Below, one piece after another: positions 59,394-64,000 of a stretch of 64,000 bases of DNA (positions are counted from its first letter, which is position 1; each line of letters begins with the position of its first letter). A model generated the notes under the pieces. The model worked only from the letters and a program-made list of their open reading frames with translations, was not told where the DNA came from and searched no databases. This DNA comes from Vitrella brassicaformis CCMP3155 (taxonomy: Eukaryota; Protista; Chromerida). The translations under genes were made by a program, and so were the position numbers. Location: contig CDMY01000262.1 in the NCBI GenBank assembly GCA_001179505.1, positions 1 to 64,000 on the forward strand, given 5' to 3'.

Positions 59394-62300
59394 CTGAATG
59401 AATCCACACACATACACACACACACACACACACGTGTCAGATGCTGACCGTCACGGCGCCTCTGTCTGCTCCGTCGCTCTCTCTTGAGCCCCGATGGAAG
59501 ACCGACCGGCCAGCCAGTGTTGTGAAAGCGAATCACTCTCTCGACACATCGGGTACTAACAGCAGCAGTGGAGCTGCGTGGTTTGCGCGGGCACTTGGTC
59601 CTTGGCCCGACGGGCAAGCACCTCCCTCCCTCCCTGCCCCTCCTGTGTGGCTGCGCTGTGTGCGCGGACGCTGGGGCATTGGCCACTCGTGGCTTGATCC
59701 TGGGCGGATTCTTGGGCTGACGGGAGGGTGCTGTAGACACTGTTTGGCTGCACTCGTGGGCTGGAGGTGGGCGCCCGTTGTCGTTTTCTGTGCTGGTCTG
59801 CTAATGCAGCTGGGCCAGTTCGCGGCTTGGCGTGTATTGACCAACCTGAACCAACAAGACAACAGACAGATGCATGCAGACAGACATGTGTGGTGTCTGT
59901 CGTGTCGCCTTTGCTTACCCATGCAAGATGGGCGTCTATACGAGGAAGAAGACGATCTTTCTTTCTTGTTGTCGCCTTCTTTTGGGGGCCTCTCTCTTTG
60001 TTTTGGCCTTCTTCTGGGGGCCCTTTTTCTCTCTCTCTCTTCTCTGTTCTGTTGCCGCCCCTGGTGCGTCTCCCACGCCCACCACACCGTCAGTCACCGC
60101 CTCACTCACTGCCCATGTCGACAGATTGGCGCGCATCTCATCCAGTGTTGTGAGCCCAAATCAGACCACAGTGCACACACCATGCCAGCCAACCGATCGA
60201 CCAGTCACGCCGAGAGACAGACACACCGGTGTCACACAAAACCGCCTATGCTGGCCGCACAACGCTGCCTATGGTCGGCCGTGGCGACCCCGCTGCCACT
60301 CCTGCTTCGCCCTTCTGCACGGCCCCTGTGTGTGTGTGTGTTGGTGCTGGTGTTGCTGCACGGAGTCCCTGGATGCCTGTCCTGCCGCTGACATTAGTCA
60401 GATTGGATGGGCTGCCGCCTGTTTGCCCCGACGGGTCCATCGATGACCCGTCGTCTGGCAGGGCCTTGGGCGGCACCGACGACACCAAGAAGTGCTTGAA
60501 GTGCTTGCGAGGGTCGATGACGCCCCAGTCGATGCGCAGGTCGATGAAGTCGCTGTCGGTGTCAGATCCGTTAACTCATCCCTCCGCCTCGATAAATGCG
60601 GGGCACGACCAGCTCCTCTGACGCGGAGCCTGTCCAGCGCTTCGCCGCACACACACACACACAAAGACATTTCAGATGTTGAGTGGGCATTCAAGTGCTG
60701 ACCACATCGAACGCTGGCTTGCCGGGTTCTATCATGCCGCGGGCGATGATGTGGTCCTCCATCTTGTCAGTGAGGGCCATGAAACAGTCTTGGTAGATGA
60801 GCACATGGTTGGCCTGCATGAAATACACACGAACACACACACACATCTGTGACTGTCAAAAAATGAATGAAAGTCGCATGTCTCTCCTTACTTTGTGTGA
60901 AATCTCTTAATCGTCCTTGCTCCAATGGCTCCCTGATCAATTCTCAAGAAAAATGAAGTGTACGCAGCGATTCTCGGCCTGCAGACACACATGCGAGTTT
61001 GGTCGATGTGCTTGGGTTCCTTGAATATCCGTCCGCCAATTTTGACTGCAGGCGCGGCCCCTAAAGGACAAAAAGAAACAATACAAAGAGACATAGCATG
61101 CCGGGGCAAGAGGGATCTCGTCGGCGGTATGTCAAGCGCTCGGCAGATGGCAGCGCTGATAGCATAAGACAAAGACACAGCGCTGATAGCATTATCACAC
61201 TCTGACATACTATTTCACACTCTATTCGTGTCTTACTGATTCGTCGCAGCACACGTCAATTAGTGGTCTGAAAGGATAAAAAAAAAAAAGTAATTAAAAG
61301 CACGCTTTGCGTCGAATCACAAGCAATGGTCGGTCAGCATTGTGGGGCAGCGGTGGATGCGTCTGCACAGCAAATGTGCAGAAAGTGTTGTGCATAGTTA
61401 TTTGTTTCTCGAATAGACGGACCCTTTTGGAAGGCTTTTGGTCAGGGGCTTGTGGGTGGTGGGCGGGAGCTTGTTCGGCCTGCGTCAGTCTGACAATCAC
61501 GCTCTGACAATCTCGGCCTGCGTCACATCGCCGGTACCTTGACGGATATGTGCCATCCCGATTGTCTTCAACTCTCGCTGCACTCACACGCATAAAAGAC
61601 ATGACAGAGAGACAAACAAGTCACACATCGCATACAGTATTACATATCACCACAAGAATGTGCACTTACCTGAGGGAGCTACATTCGGAGAGACCGGGGC
61701 TTGCACGGCCAACTCACCAGCACTACACGACACCTCGCAACAGTCGGGAAACTCCGAGCAAGTGCTGATGGGCCACCACTTGCGATGCAGACGACACAGA
61801 GGGGAATGTGGCGAGGCGCCAAGCGTCGTGCAAAACGGTGGAGAAAAGTGGGATGCGGGCAGAAAGCTGACGCAGCGAAATCAGTATAAATTTAGTGTCC
61901 GCGGGCTTGTCTCCATCGCGCCGTCTCGGCCGAGAATTTCAATGGTGTCGACGTTTTCGAACCAGGATTGCCGGAAACGGCAGCGTCTGCATTGCTGTAC
62001 AAGAACGAAGACGTTAAAGGCCAAACAACGACCACAAACAGACCGTGACCAACACGTTACCATAAGAATGCTCACTCACCTGACAGAGGCGCTTCCAACG
62101 CGAGAAACAAGCCTTGAGTGACGCAGTGCGCTCGTCAGCTGCTCGGCATTTGGCACCAGGCAGGCACCAGAAGGCTCGGCAGATGGCGAGGCGCAATGGA
62201 TGCGGCTTACGTCGGTAGAAAAAAGTGGCGGCCGCCATTTGCTGATGCAGGGTGGGCTAGGCGCATAGCCCAAGCGCCAGGCAAAAGGATCAAGAACTGA

Positions 62301-63134
62301 AGGAGATACGGGCAGAAGAATGCCGAAAAAGCTGATGCGCGGCGAAACTGGCGATAAATTACTAGCTTTTCGAATTCCGGGGCTGTCTCGGCCATCGCGG
62401 AATTCTCGCCGTCTCCGGACGCGAATCTCGAAGCATTCCGAGCCCAGGGGCGGAGAAGGGTTGCTGCGAACGGCACAGAAATGCAAATGCGGACATATGT
62501 CACACACAAATGTTGCACAAACGAGCCATGGCAAACGAGTCAGCTCTCGTGGCCTTCTTGCTCTTGGATGGGGCTGAAAATGCTGGATTTGAGCAAAGCA
62601 GCCCCTGAGCATCCTCCATCATCCTCCGCGACTTGAGAGTGGCTCGTGGGCTTGTACAACAATCAGCAGTGTGGGCTTCTACAACACTCAGCAGTCAGCA
62701 GTGGAATCAGCTCGTCCCTATTTGCTTGCTTTACTCAGACTTGCTGGACGCAATTGCTGGACAGGGGACGCCTGGTGCAGCGTGACCGTTGATTCTGCGT
62801 GCTCGCATATACTGCACCCAAGCTAGGATAACAGCGACATGGGGTCTGCTGTCGGACAGGATGCGAACGGCCGCCATGTGTTCGCTGGACATGTTGTCTG
62901 CCAGCACAGAGTCATTCGTTCAAGGGACCATGCACACCATCGTGTTAACAAATGCACACACAGCGATGGTCAGCCAATTGGTCAGCCATCAGTCCAGCTC
63001 TGCAATTCGGCAACTAGATGTCCATTGCAGCATTGTCTGTCTGTCTGTTCGAACTTTCGAGAACTGAAAAACGGCACCAAGCTCACTGAAGATACACACT
63101 ATACACACCCACACCCACACCCACGCCGCTGTCC

Positions 63135-64000
63135 TCACAGGACCACCTCCAGCAGCCCACATGCGCCGCATTTGATGAACAGCGCCTCGTAGTCCTCATT
63201 CAGCTCAAACTGAGCCGTGGCCATGCAGTATTGACTGCACACAGAGAGAGGGAGAAACGGTGCAGCCAAGGAAGACCATGTGTGGGAGTCTATCTGATCT
63301 CACCTGTGTTCCTTGACGGCCGCGTCGAGGCGCTCCCGGACTGCGTCGCGATCCAGGCCTCATCCTGACCACACACAGACAAGGAGCAATCGGTGTGCCC
63401 ACCGGCTCTGTGTCCGTGAGTGTGTGGGTGTGTGGGTGTCCCTGCACCCACCTGCACACAGAGCCTGAAGCCGCAGCCGCCGACCTTGCACATGACGGTG
63501 CCATAGCGCACATCGACAGTCTGCCGACCGCACAGTGGACACACAACTGCACACAACCAGGCATCCACACCAACAACCGTGCACAGCATTTCTGTCGGTC
63601 GGGGTGAGCTTACTGTTGTCTTGTTCCCGCAGCCGCCATTCCTCCTCGAGTGCGGCCGACTCCTCGTCCAGATCAGCGTCCTCGCGAGCCAAATACTCCT
63701 CCCCCTCTGAACCAACACACACCAACCACCAACACACTCACGGATGCTCTCGTGTCAGGCAGCTTTCGTGCCCGCCCACCGACCCTGTATTTGCATTTCC
63801 TCCTTGATCGATTGCTCGATGAACAGCAGCAGGTCGATGTACTCATCATCCGCCAGCGTAATGGCCACATCGGCATCGTCCTCGCGCATGCTGATGTCCA
63901 GGGGCTCACGGACGGCTCGTCTGGCCTCTCGCACAGACGGCAGGGAGGGCGAGGGCGGCAGGGCAGATGACGGCCGCTCCTGTTGGTAGGGCGCCTGGGG
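63135..64000 (-). CDS. RPAIN: RPA-interacting protein (RIP/RPAIN), copy 2, runs off the window end
   Basis: Direct repeat of 12978-13950 at 63027-64000 with the same exons, substitutions and an in-frame 6-nt deletion; TGA at 63135-63137. Confidence 0.75.

Noticed and set aside
983-59878. TGCATGCA apicomplexan-type motif at 983, 25320, 46217 and 59871
   Set aside because: Few scattered hits, not consistently in promoter positions; no enrichment can be claimed without a background count.
53000-61000. Autonomous Helitron or DNA transposon driving the mosaic
   Set aside because: No Rep/helicase, DDE transposase, TIRs or clear termini found in the window; the mechanism remains a hypothesis.

Overview
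Eukaryotic, GC-rich, intron-rich genomic DNA with short GT-AG introns full of (TG)n/(CA)n/(GGAT)n microsatellites and two 300-N scaffold gaps. The intron style and lineage-expanded families suggest the chromerid alveolate Vitrella brassicaformis (inference, not verified). No CRISPR array, rRNA or convincing tRNA was seen. A core of apparently intact spliced genes lies at ~13-52.5 kb, often in tight head-to-head pairs: RPAIN/RIP, a bacterial-type DusA with a signal-like leader, an RNI-type LRR protein, an LCAT-type phospholipase fused to Cys-rich repeats and a TM helix, a histidine-phosphatase/PGM-family protein, a large LRR + Cys-rich + multi-TM receptor-like protein (with a LINE endonuclease fragment and a 664-bp duplicate between the gaps), a helical-repeat RNA-binding protein, CFIm68/CPSF6, two convergent ankyrin-family paralogues and an F-box-like lineage-specific protein. 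Two mosaic blocks (~3-10.4 kb and ~53.4-60.7 kb) flank this core. They share four sequence modules in inverted orientation and shuffled order, and carry captured-looking gene fragments (flavin amine oxidase, AT-hook, AP2-like, TGS1-like). The best novelty candidates are (i) a family of divergent protein-kinase-like genes with an HGDAH(G/A)(G/S)N catalytic loop and IDHE in place of DFG (one intact copy, two broken copies, one tiny fragment, conserved intron positions), (ii) the receptor-like LCAT phospholipase architecture, and (iii) a ~160-bp intron-bearing module joined three times to different positions of the kinase family.
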